From the NCBI GenBank assembly GCA_965203055.1, contig OZ241863.1:2048001-2112000 (forward strand): a stretch of DNA of 64,000 nucleotides. The letters run 5' to 3'. Under the pieces are notes generated by a model. It saw only the letters and a program-made list of their open reading frames with translations. It ran no database searches and was not told the DNA's origin. Below, in pieces: positions 9,953 to 19,093 of the stretch (position 1 is its first letter; each line of letters opens with the position of its first letter). Position numbers and translations under genes: made by a program. The DNA comes from Spirochaetia bacterium. Lineage in GTDB: Bacteria > Spirochaetota > Spirochaetia > SZUA-6 > Bin103.

Positions 9953-10498
9953 TCAGCTTTTCATGAGGCGCTTGACGTACTCGCGGACGTCGCCCTCTAC
10001 CACACCCAGATCGTTGCGCATTTCCTGCAGAACGGAGCGAAAGGATCCGCGGTCGTCCTCGCTGGTGATGCTGCCGCTCTGTTCCACCGACTCCACGAAC
10101 TCAGCGAGTGAGCGCACCAACTCCCGGTTGCCGACGAGGGCGGTCATCCGCGCGTAGTTGCGCATCTCCTCGATCTCATGCTCGTCGATCACGCCGTCAT
10201 CGTCGGCCCGCGTGACACACGCCAGGGTATCCTTGTACAGCTCGAGCTTCTGCCGAAACAACTCGACGCGGTACTCCCGCTCGGTCTCGGAACGAACCTG
10301 AAAGTGAATCGTCACGCCCACCGAAGCGACCACGAGCACGACGGCGATGATCGCGGCGAGCAGCTCGACCGTCAGATCATTGACGTCACTGGAAAACAGA
10401 ACATGAACCAGAATGGACGCGGTAATGACCAACGCTACCGCAAGAACCACGACGGTGAACGTTGCGGTCTGATCTCTGCCTAACGATCCCAAAGACAC
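9953..10498 (-). CDS. Hypothetical membrane protein with two N-terminal TM helices
   Basis: 181-aa ORF with two hydrophobic stretches followed by a charged helical domain; AGGAGG upstream. Confidence 0.65.
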   Translation of the reverse strand: MSLGSLGRDQTATFTVVVLAVALVITASILVHVLFSSDVNDLTVELLAAIIAVVLVVASVGVTIHFQVRSETEREYRVELFRQKLELYKDTLACVTRADDDGVIDEHEIEEMRNYARMTALVGNRELVRSLAEFVESVEQSGSITSEDDRGSFRSVLQEMRNDLGVVEGDVREYVKRLMKS

Positions 10499-10745
10499 TC
10501 TTGACGAAGCCTCCTGACTCAGCGGCTACCGGCTTCCAACCCCGGGGCGTCGAATACCGCGGCCACGTCGGCCGCGAAGCCGGCAAGCAGCGGCGATGCC
10601 GGCGCGGCGCCGCGCCGGCAATGGTTCCGAGGCCGCCGGCAATTGGTCAAGGTTCCGGCGCCGGTGCGCGCCGCCAGTAGCCGCTGGCGCCGGCAACCAG
10701 GACCGCCGCGCGCCGGCTTACCCAAGGCGCCGCGCTGCCGCGTCA

Positions 10746-11735
10746 TCATCGCTCGAAGCCGCACTTGGCGGCGATCGCCTTCGCAAGCCGCTCGAAGTCC
10801 TCGTAGCAATCCTGCACCGCGTAGATGTGGCCGCCCAGGGCGCCGTCGGCCGCCCGCAGGTGGAACATCGGCTTGCGCGCCTCCCGAGCCATCGGCATCA
10901 GGCTGGGGTAATGCTTCAGCGTAGCCAGGCAGTGCGGGTCGTCGTCGATCGAGGAGACGCCCGGTCCGGTCCCATCGAGCGCTTCCTTGCGATACACGGC
11001 GGGAATGCGCCGGCTCCACCGCTGATACGCCAGCACGGGCCGGCCGGCCCTGACCGCGTTCCGGATCACGACGTACCCGGCCGGCGTGATCTCCGCCGAG
11101 GGCAGCGGCAGGCCCGGATCGCCGGGCGTCCGGTCGAGCCGATCCTGCCACTCCGTACGCCAGGCGCGCAGGGTGGGACCGAGGTTGCGGAGCCCCTGCA
11201 ACGAGAACAGGTCCGGGGCGAGCGGCACGACGACGAAGTCGGCGGCGATGATCGCCGCCCGGTTGATTGCCCCCAGATTGGGGCCGACGTCGACCAGCAC
11301 CACGTCCGCATCCTGCTTCCTGGCAGCCTGGAGAATCGTTCGGTAGAGCGCTGACTCGGCCCGAAAGGCGGATTCGTCGCCGTCCAGGCAGGCCGGCCAC
11401 GCCGCGGAGAGCTTCGCCTCGAAACGGGACAGACCCAGGTCGCCGACCACCAGGCCGCAGTTCGACGCGATTTCCTCCACGTGCGGTTCGCGGATGTCAC
11501 CAAGGCCCCTCAGAATCGGAGAGATCGCCCCGAGAATGGTCTGATGATGATCGCCGTCGGGCCACAGTTCTTCGAGCCGCTCCTCTTCGAGGAACATGGC
11601 GCTCAGGTTCGCTTGCGGGTCCAGGTCCGCGGCGACCACCGAAACGCCCCGTTCGGCGTACATCGAGGCGAGGTGGTAGACCAGCGACGTCTTTCCGACG
11701 CCCCCCTTGTTATTGAAGAACGCGATCGTCTTCAC
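10746..11735 (-). CDS. Orphan ParA/Soj-family ATPase
   Basis: FNNKGGVGKTS, DLDPQANLS, LVDVGPNLGAINRAA, PDLFSLQGL. No parB next to it; GTGA overlap with the upstream gene. Confidence 0.88.
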   Translation of the reverse strand: MKTIAFFNNKGGVGKTSLVYHLASMYAERGVSVVAADLDPQANLSAMFLEEERLEELWPDGDHHQTILGAISPILRGLGDIREPHVEEIASNCGLVVGDLGLSRFEAKLSAAWPACLDGDESAFRAESALYRTILQAARKQDADVVLVDVGPNLGAINRAAIIAADFVVVPLAPDLFSLQGLRNLGPTLRAWRTEWQDRLDRTPGDPGLPLPSAEITPAGYVVIRNAVRAGRPVLAYQRWSRRIPAVYRKEALDGTGPGVSSIDDDPHCLATLKHYPSLMPMAREARKPMFHLRAADGALGGHIYAVQDCYEDFERLAKAIAAKCGFER

Positions 11736-12916
11736 GTCTTGCTCCGAATGGTCACCAGCACGTGCGACGGCTCGAACCTGAACTCCGCCGTCGGGTTGCC
11801 GTTGCGGCGCAGCGCCTCCTGCGCGCGGATCACGCCGCGGCCGAACGCGTTGACGTACCCTAACGTCGCCATCGCCTCCGCGATCACCGGATTGCGGTAG
11901 TCCGTCTGCGCCGGAAAGTTCTCCGGGGAGGCCATTCCATACAGCCCGCCGGGGCTCTGAATCTCGATCCGATCATCGAACCAATTGAAGCGCACCGGCG
12001 CGTTCGATTCGTACGAGCGGTGCATGATAGCGTTGAGCAACAATTCGCGGACCGCCACCGCCGGGTAGTCGACGTGGGTCCGCTCCCGCAACATCGATTC
12101 GGCGACCGGACGCGCTTGCGTCTGAAGCGAAACATACGCCCGAATCTCGCGCAGCACCGAGAGCAAATCGCCGCTGAACCTTGCTTCGTCGAGCACCTCG
12201 TCCGCCATCGTCGTTCCCGCCCAGCGCACGAACTGGAGCCACGCTCCCGGAATCCACCGTAGAGGCTGCCTGGCGAACAGCAGGACGCCGGCGTGCGTAG
12301 GGCAGTCCGCCGCCAAGTCGTAGCAGCGAAGCGACGCCATCTGTTCCCTGAGATCGCGTTCGTTCTCCTCGATCACGTCTCGGCTGACCGCGGCGGGCAG
12401 GTAGCCCACCAGGAACAGGTCCGGGACCAGATCATCTAACGTGCAGCCGCGGCAGGGCCGCGCATCGAAGGTCCTCTGCAGAGCGGTCCGCCGCTCGGCC
12501 AGCAGCCGCTCCTCTTGCTGGTTCGCGCCGCGCCGGGACGGACCGACCCGAATCCACACCCGGCCCTTGTAGCGGACGGGCGGAAGGTCGGACGGCATGA
12601 CTTCCACGACCGCCACCTCACCCCCGGGCAGCACCTGCTTCTGCACCGTCAACGCGGGAGGCGGTTCCAGGTTGACGTTCGCGCGCAGATCCGCGAGTCT
12701 CCGCAACAGCCGGTCGCCAACGGTCAGGCCGCTTGCCTTGCCGGCGTCGTCGACCCCCACCAGGAGATAGCCGGGCTCCCGGTGATTCGGGAAGTCGTTG
12801 GCGAAGGCGCAGATCGCCTCACCGAACTTGTCCGTATCGTTCACGGCGACGGTCATCTCGACGCGGTCGGATTCGTGATCCGCCATCAGCGCGCGCAACT
12901 GGCCGGTGGTCAGCAT
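11732..12916 (-). CDS. Schlafen/AlbA_2 domain plus HATPase_c_4 (RecG C-terminal-like) ATP-binding protein
   Basis: ESDRVE…ICAFAND…GYLLVGVDD at the N-terminus; YPAVAVRELLLNAIMHRSY, IEIQSPGGL, YRNPVIAE, GRGV at the C-terminus. Confidence 0.85.
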   Translation of the reverse strand: MLTTGQLRALMADHESDRVEMTVAVNDTDKFGEAICAFANDFPNHREPGYLLVGVDDAGKASGLTVGDRLLRRLADLRANVNLEPPPALTVQKQVLPGGEVAVVEVMPSDLPPVRYKGRVWIRVGPSRRGANQQEERLLAERRTALQRTFDARPCRGCTLDDLVPDLFLVGYLPAAVSRDVIEENERDLREQMASLRCYDLAADCPTHAGVLLFARQPLRWIPGAWLQFVRWAGTTMADEVLDEARFSGDLLSVLREIRAYVSLQTQARPVAESMLRERTHVDYPAVAVRELLLNAIMHRSYESNAPVRFNWFDDRIEIQSPGGLYGMASPENFPAQTDYRNPVIAEAMATLGYVNAFGRGVIRAQEALRRNGNPTAEFRFEPSHVLVTIRSKT

Positions 12917-13112
12917 CGGGTCCGATTATGGCGGGCGACCGCTCGCCCAACAACTCCAGGCCCAGGCGCCGCCCCACGGCTTCGATCATGCCTCGCTAGG
13001 GCCGCCGCCCTCAGGTGGCGCTCGCGCGGATTGGGTTGGCTGGCTGGGCTGCTGCCTGCTGTTCGGCGGTTGACGCCGGCCGCTCCGTCTGCTACTACGC
13101 TGCCAGCCGCAC

Positions 13113-13538
13113 ATGAGCCGCCTGCAGAAGAGCAACGGTGACGACTTCCCCGAGGCCGCCGAGAAGCACCTCGAGGACGCAGTGGTTCTTATCGCCGGTG
13201 CTCGCTATGACGGCACTGCTTACCTGGTCGGATACGTGGTAGAGTGCACCTTGAAGACTCTCATTCAAATGCAAACAGGGCGGTTCCATCATTCGCACGA
13301 CCTTCAGGGCCTCGATAGCACGCTAGGGACTATCGCCGCTCAAGCGGATCGCAGGACGAAGCAGATGTACGCATCCGCCAGGAAGATTCTGAAGGGCGCT
13401 GATATACTTGCATGGAAACCGGGAATGCGTTACCAAGCTGCCTACGTCACTGGTTCCACCGCCGGAAAGTGGCTTCGAGAGGCTACGGCGATCTACTCCC
13501 GAATCATTGGCGAGCTGAAAAAGGACGGAAAGATCTGA
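13113..13538 (+). CDS. HEPN domain protein
   Basis: AEKHLEDAVVL…AYLVGYVVECTLK…HDLQGL…WKPGMRY matches the HEPN helical pattern. TGATG overlap with the next gene. Confidence 0.7.
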   Translation: MSRLQKSNGDDFPEAAEKHLEDAVVLIAGARYDGTAYLVGYVVECTLKTLIQMQTGRFHHSHDLQGLDSTLGTIAAQADRRTKQMYASARKILKGADILAWKPGMRYQAAYVTGSTAGKWLREATAIYSRIIGELKKDGKI

Positions 13539-14839
13539 TGATCCATGCCGACCAGGCTCACCGCCAGGCACGGGATTCTCTGACCGAATTTCTCCGGGAC
13601 AAGACGAGTACATGGCGCATCCTGTTGATCTTCGATTTGTTCTACCAACTCCGAATCATCCTGTGGTGCCCGAAGCAGAACTGGGAATCGTCCCGAACGG
13701 AGATCGACGAGACACTTAAGCAAGCATCCTCGGCCTATTGGTCCGGCGCGGTGCTCAAGGGCTGCGGACCGAAGGAATATCCCGACGGGCCGTGGCAGAA
13801 CGATGCATGGCAACAGGCCGCTGCCGTTCCGGAGACGAACAAACTGCGGATCGTGGAACGGCAGCGCACCAAGGAGGGCTGGTTCGAGGCCCCCGCCGAA
13901 CCTCCGTGGGCGGTTCTGAACGACAATCCGGCAATCGTCTCGTTCTATTCATTCAAGGGCGGCGTTGGCCGATCGACCGCGCTCGCGGCGGCGGCGCTGC
14001 ACCTGGCTGCCGCCGGCGAGCGCGTAGCGGTGGTCGACTTCGATCTCGATGCCCCGGGCGTCGGTTTTCTGTTGGCAGGACACGACGGCGCCACCGCGCA
14101 GTGGGGCGTCGCCGACTACCTGTTGGAGCAGCCGATCGTCGCCGAATACGGAGCCGGCTCCGGACCGGACCTCGCGGATTACTTCCACCGGTGTCCGACT
14201 TCGCTCTTCGCCGGGACGGGCGAGATCTCGGTGTTTCCAGCCGGGTCCGCCGATCGGCGCTACGTGGAAAAGCTGGCGCGACTGGACTACGGTGTTTCGC
14301 GCGGTCAGACGCATCCCTTCGTGCAACTCCTCCTGGAAATCCGCCAGCATCTCCATCCGCACTGGATACTCATCGACGCCCGCGCCGGACTCGGCAACGC
14401 ATCCGGCTTCGTGATGGGGGGCCTGTGCCACCTCCACGTGCTGGCAGCGACCTTGGCGGACGCGAGCTGGCGCGGTCTGGAGATGATTCTGGACCGGCTC
14501 GGAGCAGACCGGGTGCAGGCAGGGCAACCTCAAGCCGAATGCGTAATGGCGGCGGCGATGGTGCCTCGATCCCAGGAACGTCAATATCAGGAGTTGGTCG
14601 CGGCGTTCACCGACCGCGCCCGCGACGTGTTCAGCAACCACTACTACGCCGAGCGGGAACAGGAGGACAAGTTCTGGTCGTTGGATGACGTGGAGAGCAT
14701 CGACGCCCCCCACGTTCCGGTCGTCCTGCCATACGACGAGCGCCTCGCGCTGTTTCGCGAATTGAGCGAAGTGAGCAACGTTCTGCTCGATGGCGAGCCC
14801 TACAGGCAGCTCGCGGAACGGGTGCGATCGCGACGATGA
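13538..14839 (+). CDS. ParA/MinD-like ATPase with KGGVGR-variant Walker A and a long N-terminal extension
   Basis: SFYSFKGGVGRST, VVDFDLDAPG, GVADYLLE, LIDARAG. ATG 13538 overlaps the HEPN stop codon. Confidence 0.85.
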   Translation: MIHADQAHRQARDSLTEFLRDKTSTWRILLIFDLFYQLRIILWCPKQNWESSRTEIDETLKQASSAYWSGAVLKGCGPKEYPDGPWQNDAWQQAAAVPETNKLRIVERQRTKEGWFEAPAEPPWAVLNDNPAIVSFYSFKGGVGRSTALAAAALHLAAAGERVAVVDFDLDAPGVGFLLAGHDGATAQWGVADYLLEQPIVAEYGAGSGPDLADYFHRCPTSLFAGTGEISVFPAGSADRRYVEKLARLDYGVSRGQTHPFVQLLLEIRQHLHPHWILIDARAGLGNASGFVMGGLCHLHVLAATLADASWRGLEMILDRLGADRVQAGQPQAECVMAAAMVPRSQERQYQELVAAFTDRARDVFSNHYYAEREQEDKFWSLDDVESIDAPHVPVVLPYDERLALFRELSEVSNVLLDGEPYRQLAERVRSRR

Positions 14840-16416
14840 GCCGGAGACTCACCAAGCAGGCCTGCGCGGAGTTGCGTACCGAGCTCCGTGATCTTGGCCG
14901 CGGCCAAGCCGAAGCGGTAACTCCTGAGCCCGTTAGCCGCCGCCTGTATCCGGTACCGGAACATCTCAGGGCCCTCGACCCGAACGTAGTGCTGGTCGTC
15001 GGTCCGCGCGGCTCGGGAAAGAGCGAGCTGTTCAACACGTTCTTCAAGCACAGCGAACTCCGCGACACCATCTTGCGGTACGCCGCGACGCCCGTCCGGC
15101 TGATGATTCAGTCCTCGTCCGTAGCGTGGAAGCCGGCGTACCCGGCCGGAACGGAGTTTCCGGATAGTGCGGAATTGGAGCGGCGCATCGATTCGGACGC
15201 GCAAGCGAAGACGCTCTGGCACGTCATGCTGACACGAAGCCTCAACAACGAGTTCTCCACTTCGGTGAAGAAGCAGCTCAGACCTTTGACGGTGCCGACG
15301 GCGGCAGCCCTTGGCCCGATTTTAAACGCGATGCAGGATCTGCAGGTGAATCCCACGGCTGCGCTGGACTTGCTGGAAAAACGCTTGCATCGGGAGGACG
15401 GCTGGATCTTCGTCGGATACGACGAGCTGGACACACTGGGCGGTTCCAATTGGGACCTGATGGCCAGGCTGGTTCGCGGACTCGTTGCCTTCTGGTCCGA
15501 ATACGGCCGGCGGTGGCAGCGAATCCGGGCCAAGATCTTCCTGCGGTCCGACCTGTTTCGCCGTCACTCCGGCATGGGCACCGCTGACTTCGCCAAGCTG
15601 GCAGCCAACCGGTCCGAGTTGGCCTGGTCCGACGCCAACCTGCTCGGCATGCTAGTGAAGCGCATCGCCAACACCTCCGCGCCTCTGGCCGATTACTGCC
15701 GCGGAGCCAGAATCGCATTCGCTCAGGACCCGGCGCTTGGACTGCTGCCGAAGATCGGGCGGCCCGAGCACGCATATCCGCTGCTGGAGCGCATAGCCGG
15801 AGAGTACATGGGAGCCGGCCGAAAGAAGGGCTACGTGCGCAACTGGGTTCTCGATCATCTGCGCGACGGGAACGCGCAGGTCTCGCCCCGGACGCTGGTA
15901 CGCCTGTTCGAGCAGGCAGCTACGAAAGACGCCTCACATCGAACGCTGCGCGCGCCGAAGCTGCTGCATCCGACTGCCTTGCGGCTGGCGCTCGATGACG
16001 TATCCCGCGATCACGTGACGCAAGCGATCAGCAGCGAGTGGCCATGGCTCGAAGGCGTGCGGGACCGTCTCCGCGGACAGCCGCTCGTCCCATGGTCCCG
16101 CGAGGAAATCGTGAGCTTGTTGGAACGCGAATGGGACGGCGCGTGGGGTTCAGGCGAAAACCCCGACTTCCGGCCGCCGGAGGAACGGCCCGAACGTCTC
16201 GTAGATTACTTGGTCGAGCTCGGCATCTTCCGCCGGCGTTCGGATGACCGGATCGACGTGCCAGACCTCTATCTGCTTGGCCTCGACCTCCGCCGAAAGG
16301 GCGGCGTGCGACGGCGTATCGCGCCGCGGCGCCGCCAACCCGGCGGCGTAAGGTCGTCCGCTCGTCAGTCCGGGCCGGGGCTGCCGCGGCCGTCGGTCAG
16401 TTCCGGGAACTCGTAG
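14836..16416 (+). CDS. P-loop NTPase, Sll1717-like
   Basis: VVGPRGSGKS (Walker A), FVGYDELD (Walker B), KIFLRSD, SPRTLVRL and a wHTH-like LVELGIF…VPDLY end. ATGA overlap with the upstream gene. Confidence 0.78.
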   Translation: MSRRLTKQACAELRTELRDLGRGQAEAVTPEPVSRRLYPVPEHLRALDPNVVLVVGPRGSGKSELFNTFFKHSELRDTILRYAATPVRLMIQSSSVAWKPAYPAGTEFPDSAELERRIDSDAQAKTLWHVMLTRSLNNEFSTSVKKQLRPLTVPTAAALGPILNAMQDLQVNPTAALDLLEKRLHREDGWIFVGYDELDTLGGSNWDLMARLVRGLVAFWSEYGRRWQRIRAKIFLRSDLFRRHSGMGTADFAKLAANRSELAWSDANLLGMLVKRIANTSAPLADYCRGARIAFAQDPALGLLPKIGRPEHAYPLLERIAGEYMGAGRKKGYVRNWVLDHLRDGNAQVSPRTLVRLFEQAATKDASHRTLRAPKLLHPTALRLALDDVSRDHVTQAISSEWPWLEGVRDRLRGQPLVPWSREEIVSLLEREWDGAWGSGENPDFRPPEERPERLVDYLVELGIFRRRSDDRIDVPDLYLLGLDLRRKGGVRRRIAPRRRQPGGVRSSARQSGPGLPRPSVSSGNS

Positions 16417-16826
16417 GTGACCCGCCCGTTGTCGGAGACCTCCATGCGCACCCGCACGCCGTCGCAGAGCTGATCCATGTACGCCTCGGCCTGCTCCAGC
16501 GACATACCGGTCTCCATCACCACCTGGGAAACCGTGACCCGCCCCCCGTTCTGGTACGCCAGCCGGAACACCCGGCTGTCGAACGAGCGCCGGCCGAACG
16601 GACTCGGCACGCCGAACGGCGCGCGCGGTTCGGCGGCCACGCTGTCGTCCGCCGGGTAGCGGTAGACCCCGCCGCGCCCGCGCAGATGAGGCCGATCGTC
16701 CTCCGGTTCGTCCTGGATGCGGCGAAACAGCGCCGTGCCTACGCGCAGGGCAGCGAACATCAGCAGGAAAGGCGCCAGCAGCGCAAGAAAGCCGAACGGT
16801 CCCCAGCCGAAGAACAACATGACCAT
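16365..16826 (-). CDS. Hypothetical membrane protein with a C-terminal winged-helix-like domain
   Basis: N-terminal TM segment; VFRLAYQNGGRVTVSQVVMETGMSLEQAE…GRVTYEFPE. Confidence 0.65.
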   Translation of the reverse strand: MVMLFFGWGPFGFLALLAPFLLMFAALRVGTALFRRIQDEPEDDRPHLRGRGGVYRYPADDSVAAEPRAPFGVPSPFGRRSFDSRVFRLAYQNGGRVTVSQVVMETGMSLEQAEAYMDQLCDGVRVRMEVSDNGRVTYEFPELTDGRGSPGPD

Positions 16827-16988
16827 GACGAACGTACCACACGGCCGCCCCGCAATCAACCCGCCCGGCCGCCCGCCCGCCCGCCCCGCCCGGCGGGCAC
16901 GGCACGGCGGCGGCCGCGGACCGCCGACCGATCGGGCTCCAGGCCAATGGCGGCGGCGGGCGCCAATTCGCTGCGCCGCTTACCTCAG

Positions 16989-18581
16989 TTACATCCCCCA
17001 CACCGTGATGGACGCGCCGGCGCCCGCCTCCCGGCGGCGGAACAGCTTCTCCCGCCACTCCTTGCCGGGCGTGCGGTCGAAGATCACCAAGTGGCCTTCG
17101 GCGGCCCCGCATCGGTCCAGGTAGCCGCGGGTCTGCGCCACCCCCTCGCGGATGGCGCGATCCAGGCCGCCGCGCAGCAGCTTGCACTCGATCACCATGC
17201 GCCGGGTCCGCTCCGGCGGCGCGCCGGCCGGCCATACGATCAGCAGGTCGGTGCGCATCCGCCCCAGCCCATACTCGCGCTCCACCCGGCCACCGGAGTT
17301 GACGATGCGCTGCAGGAACGCCTGCAGCAGCAACTGCGGCCCCGCCTCCCGGTACTGGAAGCGCTCGAGCCAGTGCTCGGAGTGCTCGCGGAAGAACTCC
17401 TGAAACGCCGCCAGCAGCTTGCTCAGGTTCAGTCCGGCGTCCGGTTCCACGTACCAGGCGGGGTCGTGCGGCAGGAACTCCTGGGTGGTCCACGTGATGG
17501 CGCGCGGAATGACCTCCCGGTAGATCGGATTTGCGACGCGCACCGGCGGATCGACCGCCACCAGCCCCAGGTCGCGCACGTACTGCAGATCGTCGGCGCG
17601 GATGGTCCCGGGCGCCGGGCTGCCGCTCAGCAGCGGGCCGATCACCCGCCGCACGCGCTCCTCCTGCAGCTTGTCGGCGAGCTGGTCCAGATGGGTCTCG
17701 CGGCGCAGGATGAGGCGCTCGCGGGCGGCGTGGACCGCTTCGGCGCTGATGGTGCGGGTGCGGTCGCGCCCCGCTTCGCCGCCGGAGCACGCCTCCCGGG
17801 CCAGCGCGTTGACCAGCCACGGCTGCCCGGCGGTCAACTCCCACACCGCCTGCAGGGCCGCGTCGGCGAACCTTTGTCCGGTTTCGGCGGTGTGCTGAGC
17901 GAGCAGCTCCCCTGTTTCGGTCTGCGCAAAGTCGCCCAGGCGCAACGACGCGGCCTTGACGTTGAACGCGCTGCCGCCGGTGATGACGTCGTTCTGCGCC
18001 GCGGAACGGATGCGGTAATCGCGCACGTCGCGCACGCCGCACAGGATCACGCTCTGCGGGAAGCCGTCCGGCCGCTCGTCGTAGCCGGCGCGCAACTGGC
18101 GCAGCACCGCGATCAGCGTGTCGCCGACCAGCGCGTCGATCTCATCGATCAGCAGCACCAGCGGCGTCGGGTCGGCCTCCGCCCAGCGCACCAGCACTTC
18201 CTGAAGCGCCCCTTCCGGGCCGAAGGTCGTCAGAATGCCGGGCCAGAGGCTCGCCAGCGACTCGTCGCCCAGGGTCCGGCGCGCCCGCGTCCCCAACGCC
18301 CCCAGAATGGCGCGCATCCCCCGCCCCACGTGCTCGCGGGCCGCCTGGCCGATCTCGACGTTCACGTAGACGCAGCGGTAGGCGCCCGCGGTCCCGCTGT
18401 TCAGCAGGTCGCGCAACGCCAGCAGGGCGGAGGTCTTGCCGGTCTGCCGGGGCGCGTGCAGCACGAAGTAGCGCTTGTCGCGGATCAGCGCCAGCACCTC
18501 GTCCAGATTCACCCGCTGCAGCGGCGGAATGCAGTAATGATCGGCGGCCACCACCGGCCCCGAAGTGTTGAAGAAACGCAT
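16989..18581 (-). CDS. AAA-like ATPase with C-terminal PD-(D/E)XK-like domain (copy 1)
   Basis: MRFFNTSGP, HAPRQTGKTS, LLIDEID, GQPWLVNAL, RTDLL…VIECK. Confidence 0.88.
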   Translation of the reverse strand: MRFFNTSGPVVAADHYCIPPLQRVNLDEVLALIRDKRYFVLHAPRQTGKTSALLALRDLLNSGTAGAYRCVYVNVEIGQAAREHVGRGMRAILGALGTRARRTLGDESLASLWPGILTTFGPEGALQEVLVRWAEADPTPLVLLIDEIDALVGDTLIAVLRQLRAGYDERPDGFPQSVILCGVRDVRDYRIRSAAQNDVITGGSAFNVKAASLRLGDFAQTETGELLAQHTAETGQRFADAALQAVWELTAGQPWLVNALAREACSGGEAGRDRTRTISAEAVHAARERLILRRETHLDQLADKLQEERVRRVIGPLLSGSPAPGTIRADDLQYVRDLGLVAVDPPVRVANPIYREVIPRAITWTTQEFLPHDPAWYVEPDAGLNLSKLLAAFQEFFREHSEHWLERFQYREAGPQLLLQAFLQRIVNSGGRVEREYGLGRMRTDLLIVWPAGAPPERTRRMVIECKLLRGGLDRAIREGVAQTRGYLDRCGAAEGHLVIFDRTPGKEWREKLFRRREAGAGASITVWGM

Positions 18582-18781
18582 CGCTCCCAATCGGCGTCTG
18601 ACTGATCTCAGCGCCGGAATCCCGCCGCCGCTGCCCACGGAAATACCTGACAACTCATTTTCTCGGTGCAAGGTCTCGACATTTGGCCAACGGTATCCTA
18701 TATCTGATCTGACAAAGTGAGTAGCGCGCGCGCCGCGGCATGCCGTGATCGATGCTGCGCGAGCTGCCGGAGGAGAGGAAT

Positions 18782-19093
18782 ATGGGCGAAAAGACGACGA
18801 CGGTCAGCGCTCTGCGCCAGCAACTGATCGAAAAGGCGACCGCGGACCGCGAGTTTCGCAACCAATTGATGGCGGACCCCAGGACCGCGATCGAGGCGGA
18901 AACCGGCCTGACCGTGCCCTCCGAGTTCAACGTCGAGGTGCACCAGGACACGGCGACTACCGGTCACTTGATCCTGCCGCCCTCCGCCGAGCTCGGGGAA
19001 GCCGACCTGGCGCAGGCCGCCGGCGGCATCGACTGGTCCGGAGTGGGGCAATGGGAATATGGCAGGACCTACGACGAGGTGATGAACTCGTAG
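18782..19093 (+). CDS. NHLP (nitrile hydratase-like leader) RiPP precursor, proteusin type
   Basis: LIEKATADREFRNQLMADPRTAIEAETG…VEVHQDT…HLILPP…ELGEADLAQAAGG leader (82 aa) plus a 21-aa core. GGAGAGGA RBS upstream. Confidence 0.88.
   Translation: MGEKTTTVSALRQQLIEKATADREFRNQLMADPRTAIEAETGLTVPSEFNVEVHQDTATTGHLILPPSAELGEADLAQAAGGIDWSGVGQWEYGRTYDEVMNS

Noticed and set aside
10599..10618. GC palindrome CCGGCGCGGCGCCGCGCCGG as a REP element
   Set aside because: No second copy recognised in the window, and it is pure-GC low complexity.
10746..14839. ParA genes as a chromosome or plasmid partition locus
   Set aside because: No parB, parS or replication gene nearby; both are coupled to nuclease-fold genes instead.
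16860..16891. G-quadruplex-like (GGGC)n run on the minus strand upstream of the 16826 ORF
   Set aside because: Low-complexity GC runs are frequent throughout this sequence; no independent support.
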